The position numbers and the translations under genes are program-made. DNA of 62,953 nt, counting the filler, from a bacterium (GTDB lineage: Bacteria; JAMORN01): assembly GCA_027063545.1 (NCBI GenBank). It is 20 parts of 20 records of this genome, joined end to end, with 100 filler letters (N's around TTAATTAATTAA, not from the genome) between each part and the next. Parts side by side here need not be neighbours in the genome. Positions count along the whole stretch, not along the records: positions 52,696 to 54,678 come from JAMORN010000035.1; positions 54,779 to 56,755 come from JAMORN010000036.1; positions 56,856 to 58,823 come from JAMORN010000037.1; positions 58,924 to 60,891 come from JAMORN010000038.1; positions 60,992 to 62,953 come from JAMORN010000039.1; 15 more parts are not named here. One strand, 5' to 3'. Numbering within the stretch: position 1 is the stretch's first letter; each line of letters opens with the position of its first letter. A model generated the notes under the pieces. It did no database searches, was not told where the DNA came from, and saw nothing but the letters and a program-made list of their open reading frames with translations. Below are positions 53,896-62,953 of this stretch, piece by piece.

Positions 53896-54678
53896 AATGT
53901 AATTGCCCTATTTAATTTAAGTGTTACAGGTAAAGAGTCAATAAAAAGGTTTTCAAAATTTTTAATCTTTTTTCTAGGCGGAAGTATTATCTCTATCCCA
54001 ATAACTTTTTTGGGTTCTTCATACTTCTTTTGAAATTGCTCAGGTTTATTGTATGTTGTGATAAATATATTTTTTATCATGCCATTTAGTTGTTGATGAT
54101 TAGGAAATTCCACAATTAAGAATTTAGATTTTATTATATAGTCTAGATATTTTAAATCAAAAAATCCTTTAATATATGTAGAGTCATTGGATTTAATTGT
54201 AACAATTGGAGATCCTATTTTAACAAATTCTTTGTTGTTTATAAAAATATTGGTTATTTGTCCTTTAATAGGAGAGGTTACTAAGTTAGAAGACAAAATA
54301 TAATTTTTTCTATTTTTAATTTGTTTTTCTTTATTATTATAATATTTTTTATAAGTGTTTAAGTTTCTTTCTTGCTTTTTAATCTCTGTTTTTATTTCTA
54401 TTATATTTTCTTCAATCTGAAATAATTCTTTTCTCAAATCAAGCCCCATATTTATCAGTTTTTTATATTCTTTTTTCTTTTGATTATAAAAATCTAATTT
54501 ATCCTTTAAAGCTTTTATATTATTTTGAATAAGTTTAATTTTTAGCTCTATATCACTTAGTTTATCTTTGTTATTCATTTTACTATAAAATTCAGGAGAT
54601 GGTATTATTTTATATTTAAATAAAGGTGTATTTTTTCTAACATAGTCACCATCTTTGACATAAATAGTATCTATAATA
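53874..54678 (-). CDS. HlyD/membrane fusion family protein, 5'-truncated
   Basis: VKDGDYV lipoyl half at the edge, coiled coil, SPIKG.I..I....EFV..G. Confidence 0.7.
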
Positions 54679-54778
54679 NNNNNNNNNNNNNNNNNNNNNN
54701 NNNNNNNNNNNNNNNNNNNNNNTTAATTAATTAANNNNNNNNNNNNNNNNNNNNNNNNNNNNNNNNNNNNNNNNNNNN

Positions 54779-56529
54779 ATAAAATTTGTAAGTCCCATTT
54801 CACTAGGACTCATAGGACCAGGTGAGAGGAATATTAAATTAGGATTTATATCTTTTATTTTTGAAATATCAAAATTCTCCAATCTATATGTTAGGACTTC
54901 AGCCCCTGTTCTTCTAACATAACCAGCAAGTGTTAATACAAATGAGTCTTTATTATCTATAAATAAAACTTTTTTATTTTTACCAGAGTTTGTTATGTAT
55001 GGAGTATATCTTTGGGGAGGTGTATAATTATCGTTTAAAATTTCAAGGAATGCAGAGGCTTTTAATTTGGTTTCTTTTTCCTCACTATTCGGATCTGAAT
55101 AGTAAAGTAGTGTAGCTCCAGCTCTTACACTTGCAATACCATTTTTTACATAAATAGTTCTTATTGTTATTCCAGTATTAATATATCCTGTAAAACTAAT
55201 AAATCCAATCGCTCCCCCATAATATCCTCTAGGAGAGTTTTCCATCTCTTCAATAGTTTCCATTGCAATAGGCTTTGGAGCACCAGTTAATGTAACTGCC
55301 CACATATGAGATAAAAATGCATCAATAGAATCATATCCTTCTTTTAATTCTCCTACAACATGATCTACTGTATGAAAAAGTTTAGAATAGGTTTCTATTA
55401 TTCTTCGGTGTTTTACTATTATAGTTTCAGGTTTGCATACACGTGATTTATCATTTCTATCAACATCTGTACACATTGTAAGTTCATCTTTATCCTTTTC
55501 ACTATTTAAGAGTTTTAATATTTGTTCAGAATCTTCTATAGGATCATTACCTCTTTTTATAGTTCCAGAAATAGGAGAGGTTTCTACAATATTATTTTCC
55601 ACTCTTATAAACATTTCAGGAGATGCTCCTATTAAAGCTTCATCACCAAAATTTATTAAAAATTCATATGGAGAAGGATTTGATTCTCTTAGTCTTCTAA
55701 AGATTTCAGTATAGTCAAATTTAAACGGACGATAAAATGTTTGGCTTAAAACTACTTCAAAAAAATCACCTTTTTTAGCCCTTTGTCTTATTATTTCAAC
55801 CTTTTTTGCAAATTCTCCATCTTTATGATCACATTCTTCTATATCAATAGTATCTCTCTTTATAATCTCAATAGTTTCAGTTTCTCTTGGAAAATAAAAG
55901 GTTGCATTCCCTTTGTATTGAAATTCTATTTTTAGATTTTTTCCTTCTTGTTTTTGGTGGTCTATTAAATAGATATCATCAGGTAGAAATAATCTTATAT
56001 CATAAGGAGAATTCTCTCTTGAATGTTTAAATTTTATAGGTTCAAACTGAAAAACTAAATCATATCCAAAGGCTCCATATAATCCAAAAAATTTTTCATT
56101 TACTTTCTTAAATATATTTATAAGTTCTTTTACAATACTAAAAAGAGAAGGTTGTTTACTTCTCTCTTCCTCGGAAAAGAATTTAGCCATTGGTTTTACT
56201 TTACCATACACTCTATTATTTTCTAGATATATCTCTTCAATAAACTCTTTGCTATTTAGAAGGTCATAAAAAAATGGGAGTATTATTTTTCCCCTGCCAT
56301 TTAATCCTAAAAATTCAAAATTTTTTGATTTCCCTCTAAATTCTATAGGAGGATTTATAAATCCAATATCGTATCTTGAATATCTGTCTGGATACTCATA
56401 GTCTGAGGCTAAAAGAATTCCCCTCTTTGTATCAATATTTTTAGTTATATAATCGGGTAGTTTAGGGGGTATATCTATTTCTCTTATAAATATCTGAAGA
56501 TCTTTATTTATTTCTATAAACTTTTCCAT
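54779..56529 (-). CDS. trpE: Fused anthranilate synthase TrpE-TrpG, 3'-truncated
   Basis: YEYP.RYSR, EEERSKQPS.FS, YGAFGYDL, NPSPY, ASPEMF, ELTMCTDVDRNDKSRVC, GAPK, then glutaminase start IDNKDSF..TLA.Y...LSPGP in the same frame. Confidence 0.9.
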
Positions 56530-56556
56530 CTTATTTATACCTTTTTAAAATTAGTT

Positions 56557-56755
56557 TTAACTTTCAAGTTTAACCAGTTTTTTTAAATCTTTAATCTCCT
56601 TTTCTGTTAAGAATCTATATCTTCCTTCTTTGAGAGTACCCAATTTTATATTCCCGATTCTTACTCTTATAAGAGAATCTATCCATATATTAAAAGTTTT
56701 AAATATTCTTTTTATTATATGAATTTTTCCCTCTGTTAGTATAAGTTTATATGTT
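56557..56755 (-). CDS. RsuA/RluB-family pseudouridine synthase, C-terminal fragment
   Basis: Manual translation LTEGKIHIIKRIF...LIRVRIGNIKLGTLKEGRYRFLTEKE. Confidence 0.8.
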
Positions 56756-56855
56756 NNNNNNNNNNNNNNNNNNNNNNNNNNNNNNNNNNNNNNNNNNNNT
56801 TAATTAATTAANNNNNNNNNNNNNNNNNNNNNNNNNNNNNNNNNNNNNNNNNNNN

Positions 56856-56937
56856 GTCCTTTTAACACTTCAAATTTTTTTAACCAAAATCCTAATCTAT
56901 AAGATTTATGTAAATCTCTAACTTCTAATACATTCAT
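56856..56937 (-). CDS. ABC transporter ATP-binding protein N-terminal fragment
   Basis: MNVLEVRDLHKSYRLGFWLKKFEVLKG. Confidence 0.6.
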
Positions 56938-56960
56938 AACGCTATTTCTAATTATTAAAT

Positions 56961-58025
56961 TTAAGTGGTGGATCCCTCTTCGTCAAGATAAAAAACACTA
57001 TCCTCTATAGGATCATTTTCTCTTTTAAATCCTGGTAAAAGTTCTATTCTATACCATGAACTTCTATACCAAATATCCTTTGGCTTTGTATCAACAGGTG
57101 CAACATCAGAAGCCTTGGTATCATCATGATAATCCCAATTCATATAATCATTAAAATTTTTAATTATATCAGTAATTACAGCCCCATACTCTATTAAATG
57201 CTTTTGTATTTCATGCCATCTATAAATTGAAGAATCCCTTAAAGTAAATCCAAAATAACCTGCTCCTCCTACATCTTTAATTGTAGCAATACCTCTTCCA
57301 ATAAAAGCCTTAAAAGCTGCCAAAGTTTCTGGAGGATCTGTAACAAAAATATCAAATTTACCTAAAAATTCATCTGTATATGGCTTTCTTAAATCATGAA
57401 CCCTTGCCTCAGCGTTTTTTAAGCCTAATTCTTTTATTATCTTATTATCAAAATCTATTAATCTTTCATCTATATCAATTATTACAACTCTTTTAGCCTT
57501 ACCAGTTAAAGCAATAGCAAGTCCTGTTAAATCATCTTCAGCTCCCATAACCATTATTTCTTTACCTTCTAAATCCCCCCTTGAATCTAAAAATAATACC
57601 CTTGAAATTGTTGTTTCTGGTGTTACAATTCCTTGATCAAAATCTTGAATAGCCGGTGGTCTATCCTTTGCAATTTCAACAAATTTTCTATATAATTCTA
57701 TATCTCTATAAAATTGAATACCTCTTCCTTGACACGCACTACATTTATAATCTTTATGAGGTGGGATATTCAAATCCTTTATTAATCTTTCTCCATCATT
57801 TGTAAGTTCTATATATTTTCTATCTACGACCTTTACATAGCCTTTATTTTCTAGTATATTTATAAGTTTTGACATATAAGGAACCGGAATATCACTATAA
57901 TCAATTAAAGTCCAGAAATCTTTTGTTTTTTGTAAAGCACCAAATACCCTTTCAATATTTCTGTAATTAATTCTTTTTATTCCTTTATTTTCCATTTCAT
58001 TTAAAATTTCTAAAATTCTCTCCAT
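56961..58025 (-). CDS. bpsA: Branched-chain polyamine synthase (N4-bis(aminopropyl)spermidine synthase)
   Basis: Winged-helix N-terminus, CSACQGRG, RP.AIQDFDQG.VTPETT..R, GDL.GK, DDL, DIDERL, TDPPET, terminal DEEG.TT. Confidence 0.88.
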   Translation of the reverse strand: MERILEILNEMENKGIKRINYRNIERVFGALQKTKDFWTLIDYSDIPVPYMSKLINILENKGYVKVVDRKYIELTNDGERLIKDLNIPPHKDYKCSACQGRGIQFYRDIELYRKFVEIAKDRPPAIQDFDQGIVTPETTISRVLFLDSRGDLEGKEIMVMGAEDDLTGLAIALTGKAKRVVIIDIDERLIDFDNKIIKELGLKNAEARVHDLRKPYTDEFLGKFDIFVTDPPETLAAFKAFIGRGIATIKDVGGAGYFGFTLRDSSIYRWHEIQKHLIEYGAVITDIIKNFNDYMNWDYHDDTKASDVAPVDTKPKDIWYRSSWYRIELLPGFKRENDPIEDSVFYLDEEGSTT

Positions 58026-58099
58026 TCAACTATCCTCCTTTATTCTATTTCTATTTTTTAACATTCCACTATTTAATTCTAATATTATATAAAATATAA

Positions 58100-58823
58100 T
58101 TATATATGCCTAATGGAAAAAATATTTTTAAAAATTGGATCTGGGATTGTCTCTTTTGGCCTATAGCTAATATAATAATTTGATAGATCAAAAGGATAAA
58201 CTTTTTCATTTTCATATATTTTTCTGCTATTACTGTTCAGTATAATAAAATGTTGACACATAATTAATAAGTATGTATTATTATAGTTCTCTATAATTTT
58301 AATTGGACAATATTCATCTTGAAAAAAATTTATTTCTCCCCATCCATAATAAAAAGGATTATCCGAAAAATTCCATATTAATTTTTTCTTTTTTATTTCA
58401 TATTTAATTATCCATTCATTGTTAAATATCGTATCTATCACTTTTTCCTTTATCTTTAATAGTATAGCCTGCTATCAAAATACTAGTATCTAAATCTTTA
58501 CCAATGTAGATTCTATAATCATTATTTTTACTTCCTAGTTTTATTATTTTTTTTACTTTTTCATTTATATTAATGTTTATTAAAATTATATTATAGTTTG
58601 AATTCTTATCTTTTTTGTAACTTCCTATTAACCAATAATTATCTTTTATTCCATAAAACCAGATATAATTATCAATGAAAATATAGCTATATTGGTTAAA
58701 AAAATTTTAATAATAATGATTCTCGCTGTTATTATACATTATATTAATCCATATAATTTAAAAATAAAAACAATATACAAAATAATCATAAAAAATCCGT
58801 CCCATATATAAAATTTCTTTTTC
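58100..58823 (-). pseudogene. Fragmented AT-rich coding-like region of unknown function
   Basis: 113-aa open frame 58100-58441 preceded by short interrupted frames; no recognisable motif. Confidence 0.25.
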
Positions 58824-58923
58824 NNNNNNNNNNNNNNNNNNNNNNNNNNNNNNNNNNNNNNNNNNNNTTAATTAATTAANNNNNNNNNNNNNNNNNNNNN
58901 NNNNNNNNNNNNNNNNNNNNNNN

Positions 58924-59490
58924 TAAATGTAATTTACTAAAATGTTTATGATTAAGTAAATCAACACCTATATGAGAAGTTAATAATGTATCTTTTCTTT
59001 CTAATTGATATAAAGTATAATCTTTAACAATAGTATTAATATTTAAAGATTTATATTCATTAGTATTAATAACTGATGAAAGTATATTATAAGCAATAGT
59101 GTATTCTACATATTTTTTAGATAACTTATCATCTATATTAATATTATGATATACTTTATTATAATCAGGTAGAAAGAATATTAGTTCACATTTAGTATTT
59201 TCATAAAGTGATTTTAAAACATAAAGTTCACTTATTAACGTATCTACAAAATTCTTATCCATAATAATATTAGACATATTATACTTATGACCAACAGCAT
59301 TTAAGATATTCCTAGTTATAGTACCTAAATTATAAACATGGTATCTATATTTATCTGGATTTACTTTGTTCGGAATATCGCGTGAATTATCATATCTTAT
59401 ATCTGTAGGATCGAATAATGATTCTAACATAATACCTGTAGGTATGGATATACCAAATGATGAGGTTGTTCTTTCTTCAAATATATTCAT
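58924..59490 (-). CDS. Hypothetical protein resembling a conserved phiKZ-like phage protein, truncated
   Basis: RTTSSFGISI.TG...ES, YN..T..RN.L, F.PDY, LTSH..VDLL....F..L.L pattern recalled from jumbo-phage proteins; unverified. Confidence 0.55.
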
Positions 59491-59519
59491 ATTGAACTCC
59501 TTATATGTAATATCATATG

Positions 59520-59544
59520 AATGATATACTAGTATAAAAAAATA
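59520..59544 (-). promoter_or_regulatory. Repeated promoter-like motif, copy 1
   Basis: Minus strand TATTTTTTTATACTAGTATATCATT; 23/25 identical to 60069-60093. Confidence 0.6.
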
Positions 59545-59571
59545 AAAAAAAAAGAAAGAGAAAAAGATCTC

Positions 59572-60012
59572 TTAGAAATAGACTTTAGCACGTCTATAAT
59601 TTTCTAAACTTTTCTTCTCTCTAAATCTCTTTATTGCGTTTGTCGCTTCAGCATTACATTCACATACATCTACTTCATCAACAGCTAAAGCCATAGCGGT
59701 CAATAGTTTAACTCTATCTAAAAAATCTACAGCTTTATTATATTTAGCTATTGTAACTTTACCAGTAGTTTTAGCTATATATACAACCGAATAGGCTTTA
59801 ACTATTTTTGAAGCTATTTCTTTTACTGTTTCAAAATCATAACCAGCATGTTCCAAATTATATAACAATTTGATAGTGCTATCAATAACTGGTGTTTTTT
59901 CATCACAATTTTTACATTCAAGCACTTTAACTTTTGATGTTTCAAATTTACCACCAAATTTATAACCAATTACCGCACCATTCTCTCTCATTTTAATAAC
60001 ATTTTCACACAT
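59572..60012 (-). CDS. Hypothetical protein (phage-like)
   Basis: AAAGGA RBS, own promoter motif and leader palindrome; CKNC motif. Confidence 0.6.
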   Translation of the reverse strand: MCENVIKMRENGAVIGYKFGGKFETSKVKVLECKNCDEKTPVIDSTIKLLYNLEHAGYDFETVKEIASKIVKAYSVVYIAKTTGKVTIAKYNKAVDFLDRVKLLTAMALAVDEVDVCECNAEATNAIKRFREKKSLENYRRAKVYF

Positions 60013-60035
60013 GTCAATTCCTTTTAAATTAAAGT

Positions 60036-60061
60036 ATATAACTATATTAATATAGTTATAT
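60036..60061. repeat. Perfect 26-bp palindrome in a 5' leader
   Basis: ATATAACTATATTAATATAGTTATAT. Confidence 0.85.
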
Positions 60062-60068
60062 CTATTTT

Positions 60069-60093
60069 AATCATATACTACTATAAAAAAATA
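60069..60093 (-). promoter_or_regulatory. Repeated promoter-like motif, copy 2
   Basis: Minus strand TATTTTTTTATAGTAGTATATGATT. Confidence 0.6.
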
Positions 60094-60101
60094 GAAATAA
60101 A

Positions 60102-60129
60102 TACATATAACCTATATAGGTTATATGTA
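60102..60129 (-). terminator. Perfect 28-bp palindrome followed by a T-rich tract, terminator-like
   Basis: TACATATAACCTATATAGGTTATATGTA, 6 nt after the stop of 60136-60837. Confidence 0.7.
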
Positions 60130-60135
60130 CATTAT

Positions 60136-60837
60136 TTATAAATCTTCACCATCGTGTGGGTCTATAGGTGGCTTTACTTGTTCCTCTTCAAATTTATTTA
60201 TACAATCTTTATATGTCTGTTTATTTTTTATTCTATTAACTGTTGACTTATTTATACCATATTGTGCTGCAATATTAGCAATAGACTTACCTTCCTTAAG
60301 ATATGTTAATATAGCATACACTTGTTTACAAGTTAACACTCTACTACCAGTTAATTTTATTTTATTTTTAAGTTCAATAACTTCTTCTTCTAAATCTTTA
60401 ATCATTTTCTTTAATTTAGAAGTAGATTCATTGTTTTTAGAATTAACTTGTTTTTTAAGTATATCTTCTATCTCTTTAGCATGAGTTCTTTTAAGATTGT
60501 TTATTCTATCATTATTAGTCTTAATGATATTTTCAATCTCTTTACTCTTTTCACTATTCTCTTTTAATAACTCATCAACAGTTTTTTTAAGTTCTTCTGT
60601 TTCTTTTATTTTTTTCTCTAATTTAATATTTTTTACTTCATACTTTCCAATAATGTCTTTTTGTTTTTCAATTACATTATTCAATTTCTCATTATCTCTA
60701 TCACGTTTTTCTTCACAATTTTTATAATTATACCAATAATTTTTACATTCATCCATAACTGCATCTACTTGTTTTTTACTATACACAGGTATGAATAGTT
60801 TCTTAAAAAAACTCAATACTTTTAATTCATTTTTCAT
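60136..60837 (-). CDS. Coiled-coil protein with C-terminal HTH (phage-like)
   Basis: Long K/E coiled coil; LT.KQV..I......G.S...IA..YGI..STV..IK...TY. Confidence 0.65.
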   Translation of the reverse strand: MKNELKVLSFFKKLFIPVYSKKQVDAVMDECKNYWYNYKNCEEKRDRDNEKLNNVIEKQKDIIGKYEVKNIKLEKKIKETEELKKTVDELLKENSEKSKEIENIIKTNNDRINNLKRTHAKEIEDILKKQVNSKNNESTSKLKKMIKDLEEEVIELKNKIKLTGSRVLTCKQVYAILTYLKEGKSIANIAAQYGINKSTVNRIKNKQTYKDCINKFEEEQVKPPIDPHDGEDL

Positions 60838-60991
60838 ATTGTCTCCTAATTTATTTCTTTATGTATCTCTATTGCTTCTAATAATATAATANNNNNNNNN
60901 NNNNNNNNNNNNNNNNNNNNNNNNNNNNNNNNNNNTTAATTAATTAANNNNNNNNNNNNNNNNNNNNNNNNNNNNNNNNNNNNNNNNNNNN

Positions 60992-62953
60992 ATTAAAATA
61001 TAACTCTTTTAGTTTATCTTTATCTTCATCTTCTACCCTTAAAATATAACTAAAACTATTACTATTAAAATAAACTCTTACCAATCCTATTTTTTTCTCA
61101 TATAACTTTTGCCGATCTATAAGCCAACCTAAAACTGGTGTTTGGACTCTTCCTGCTGAAAGATTTCTCTTTTTAAAATCCCTTTGAAGTTTTCCCGATA
61201 TGGTAAAACCTATCCATCTATCAGATATTCTTCTTAATACTTGAGCATTTACTAAATTTTCATTAAAACTTCTAGGATTATATATAGAATTTAATATTGC
61301 CTTAGGAGTAACCTCATGAAATTCCATTCTTGATATTTTCTTATCCTTTATATAAGGTTTTAATAAGGTTGCTACATCCCATGCAATTTTTTCACCTTCA
61401 GCATCAGGATCTGTACCCACCAAAATCAAATCAACTTCTGAAGATATCTTTACAATACTATCAAAAATTAAATCCCTATCTGAAATTGTAGGAACATTAT
61501 CATATGGACATACATCTTCAGGAAGCATTCTTCCACATTTAGGACATCTTTTTATAAAATGATAAATAGGAATAAACTTAATTTTATTTTCCTCTTTATC
61601 TACTTTAACTCCATATATATTATCGTACTTTTTATCATTTAAAACTAAATCAAGAATATGACCTTTTGTTGCTGTAATTATTAAATAATACTTATCTGTT
61701 GTTATCTCATAAAAATCAATTCCATTTATCTTTCTCCTCAAAGGCTTACCGAAAAATGAAGCTATTGTTTTTACTTTATTGGGCGATTCTACTATTATAA
61801 GTACTGTTTTTAACACATCGCCTTCTATATCCTGAGGTGAAATAGTTCCCTTTATGAACTTTTTTATTTTATTTCTATCTTTATCTATTTCAGCTATTAT
61901 TTTCTCAATATCCTTCTCTTCTATTGGCTCAAGTTCTATATCTCTAGAGTAGAATCTTAGCTTTTTAACTAGATTATTATAAGCCTTTTTGTTATCAACT
62001 AGTAAAATAGAAAGTCCTTTACTTATTCCACCTGGATAAAACCTTGATACCCTTCCTGTTCCTTGAAGATAAGCAGTTACATCAGAAACTATTAATCTAT
62101 ACTTATCTTTCTCAGACACCTCCAGAATAATATCATTTGAATTCTTTATTAATTTTAGTACTTCTTTAGATTTTATAAATTTTTTAGCTGCTTCAAAGAT
62201 GTCTTTCATTTTCTCTGGAGTTCTTTGATAATAATTAAAAACCTTTATCCACTTATCTATTGTTGTTGCTCTTTTAGAAAGATTTTTATCCTTAGCAATA
62301 AGGCCCCTTATTGACATCAAAGCCCAAAGTATATGAAGAGGTGTATTTTCTAAGTCTAAATCTATTACGATCTTAGGAACCCCATAAAAAATTGCATATC
62401 TAAGGACTTCAGGAAGGTCTATACCTCTTGTCAATGGATTTTTATAACTTGCAATTGTTACAACTACTTTATATTTCCCTTTTACAAAATCTTCCTTTTT
62501 CTTTTCAAAATCCTCATAAGATAGGGCTTGAATTTTATGTTTTTTTAAAAGATTTATTACATAATTAACACCTTCTTTGCCTTTATCCGAAGATACAAAA
62601 ACAATCCCACCTTTTTTGAGTTTTTTTATATAAGAAATTAAATCTTTGTCTAAATCATTAGATAATTTATAGGTATCTTCCACATTCCTTAAATAAAAAG
62701 ATGGTCTTCCAACCTCAAAATCTAAAATTTCTCTAAAAAGTAGTATTCTTTGGGATCTTGGATTAGATGTTGCAGTAGTTATAATTAAAACACCTTTTTG
62801 TTTTGCTTTTATTTCTTTTTTCCATTCCAAATATTCTTCCTGAAATCTGTACCACTGGTCTATTGAAAGTCCATTTTCATCTTTAAAAAGATTTCTTCTT
62901 TTATTTATAAATTCAAATGCTTTTTTAAAATCTGCTTCTTCATATCCCATTAC
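60992..62953 (-). CDS. rgy: Reverse gyrase, internal fragment
   Basis: Helicase-like part (YLRNVED, L.RGIDLP...RYAIF.GVP, DV..Y.Q..GR.SR...GG.SKGLS) fused to topo IA (IVESPNK, GH..DL, Zn finger RCPKCG..CP, GTDPD.EGEKI, RRI.DRWIGF, LSAGRVQTPVLGW). Confidence 0.96.

Larger units (their letters stand above)
58924..60891 (-). mobile_element. Probable phage-derived contig (phiKZ-like jumbo phage features)
   Basis: Only co-oriented hypothetical genes, repeated 25-bp upstream motif, long perfect palindromes, one protein resembling a conserved jumbo-phage protein. Confidence 0.6.

Noticed and set aside
1014-60727. Short ORFs antisense to, or out of frame within, clear genes (e.g. 1014-1292, 1350-1667, 6553-6783, 11333-11536, 23924-24235, 40765-41178, 44760-44981, 45958-46260, 48535-48795, 50739-51089, 55433-55714, 60125-60484)
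   Set aside because: Shadow frames of better-supported CDSs, with F/S/L/I-rich composition and no motifs
12826-60991. Nineteen regularly spaced TTAATTAATTAA elements and many ORFs ending in X...LIN
   Set aside because: Artificial six-frame-stop linkers inside N runs; not a repeat family or peptide tag
56856-62953. Apparent prophage inserted between bpsA and reverse gyrase
   Set aside because: Three separate contigs; order follows contig length/name, so adjacency across spacers has no biological meaning
1-62953. CRISPR array, IS/transposase, integrase, rRNA
   Set aside because: No repeat-spacer periodicity or recognisable recombinase, transposase or rRNA sequence seen; the 33-bp repeat has two copies inside coding sequence

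Overview
This is not one contiguous locus. It is 20 contigs joined by 19 artificial 100-nt spacers (44 N + TTAATTAATTAA + 44 N): two long contigs (1-12825 and 34520-46316) and eighteen of about 2 kb, as in a concatenated draft genome or MAG. Most contigs look like one very AT-rich, flagellated, diderm bacterium using genetic code 11. It has thermophile hallmarks (reverse gyrase, branched polyamine synthase BpsA) and FCB/Fibrobacterota-like surface and glycan proteins (two GH16 paralogues, PEGA and DUF5011 proteins, S41 lipoprotein, coaBC-udg-dnaB order). Most content is housekeeping. The stand-out region is 8495-12825, a partly decayed antiviral/RNA-conflict island. On the minus strand it has an intact prokaryotic viperin followed by a frameshifted DUF4258-like gene and a heavily disrupted B12-dependent radical SAM gene, neither resolved by the ORF track. 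Divergently it has two paralogous membrane/signal-peptide HEPN-like genes (RNRIAH versus RNRIAN) and an RtcR/CARF-like sigma54 activator. Contig 58924-60891 looks foreign, like a phiKZ-type jumbo phage, with a repeated promoter-like motif and long perfect palindromes. All family assignments come from motif recognition by eye; no database searches were run.
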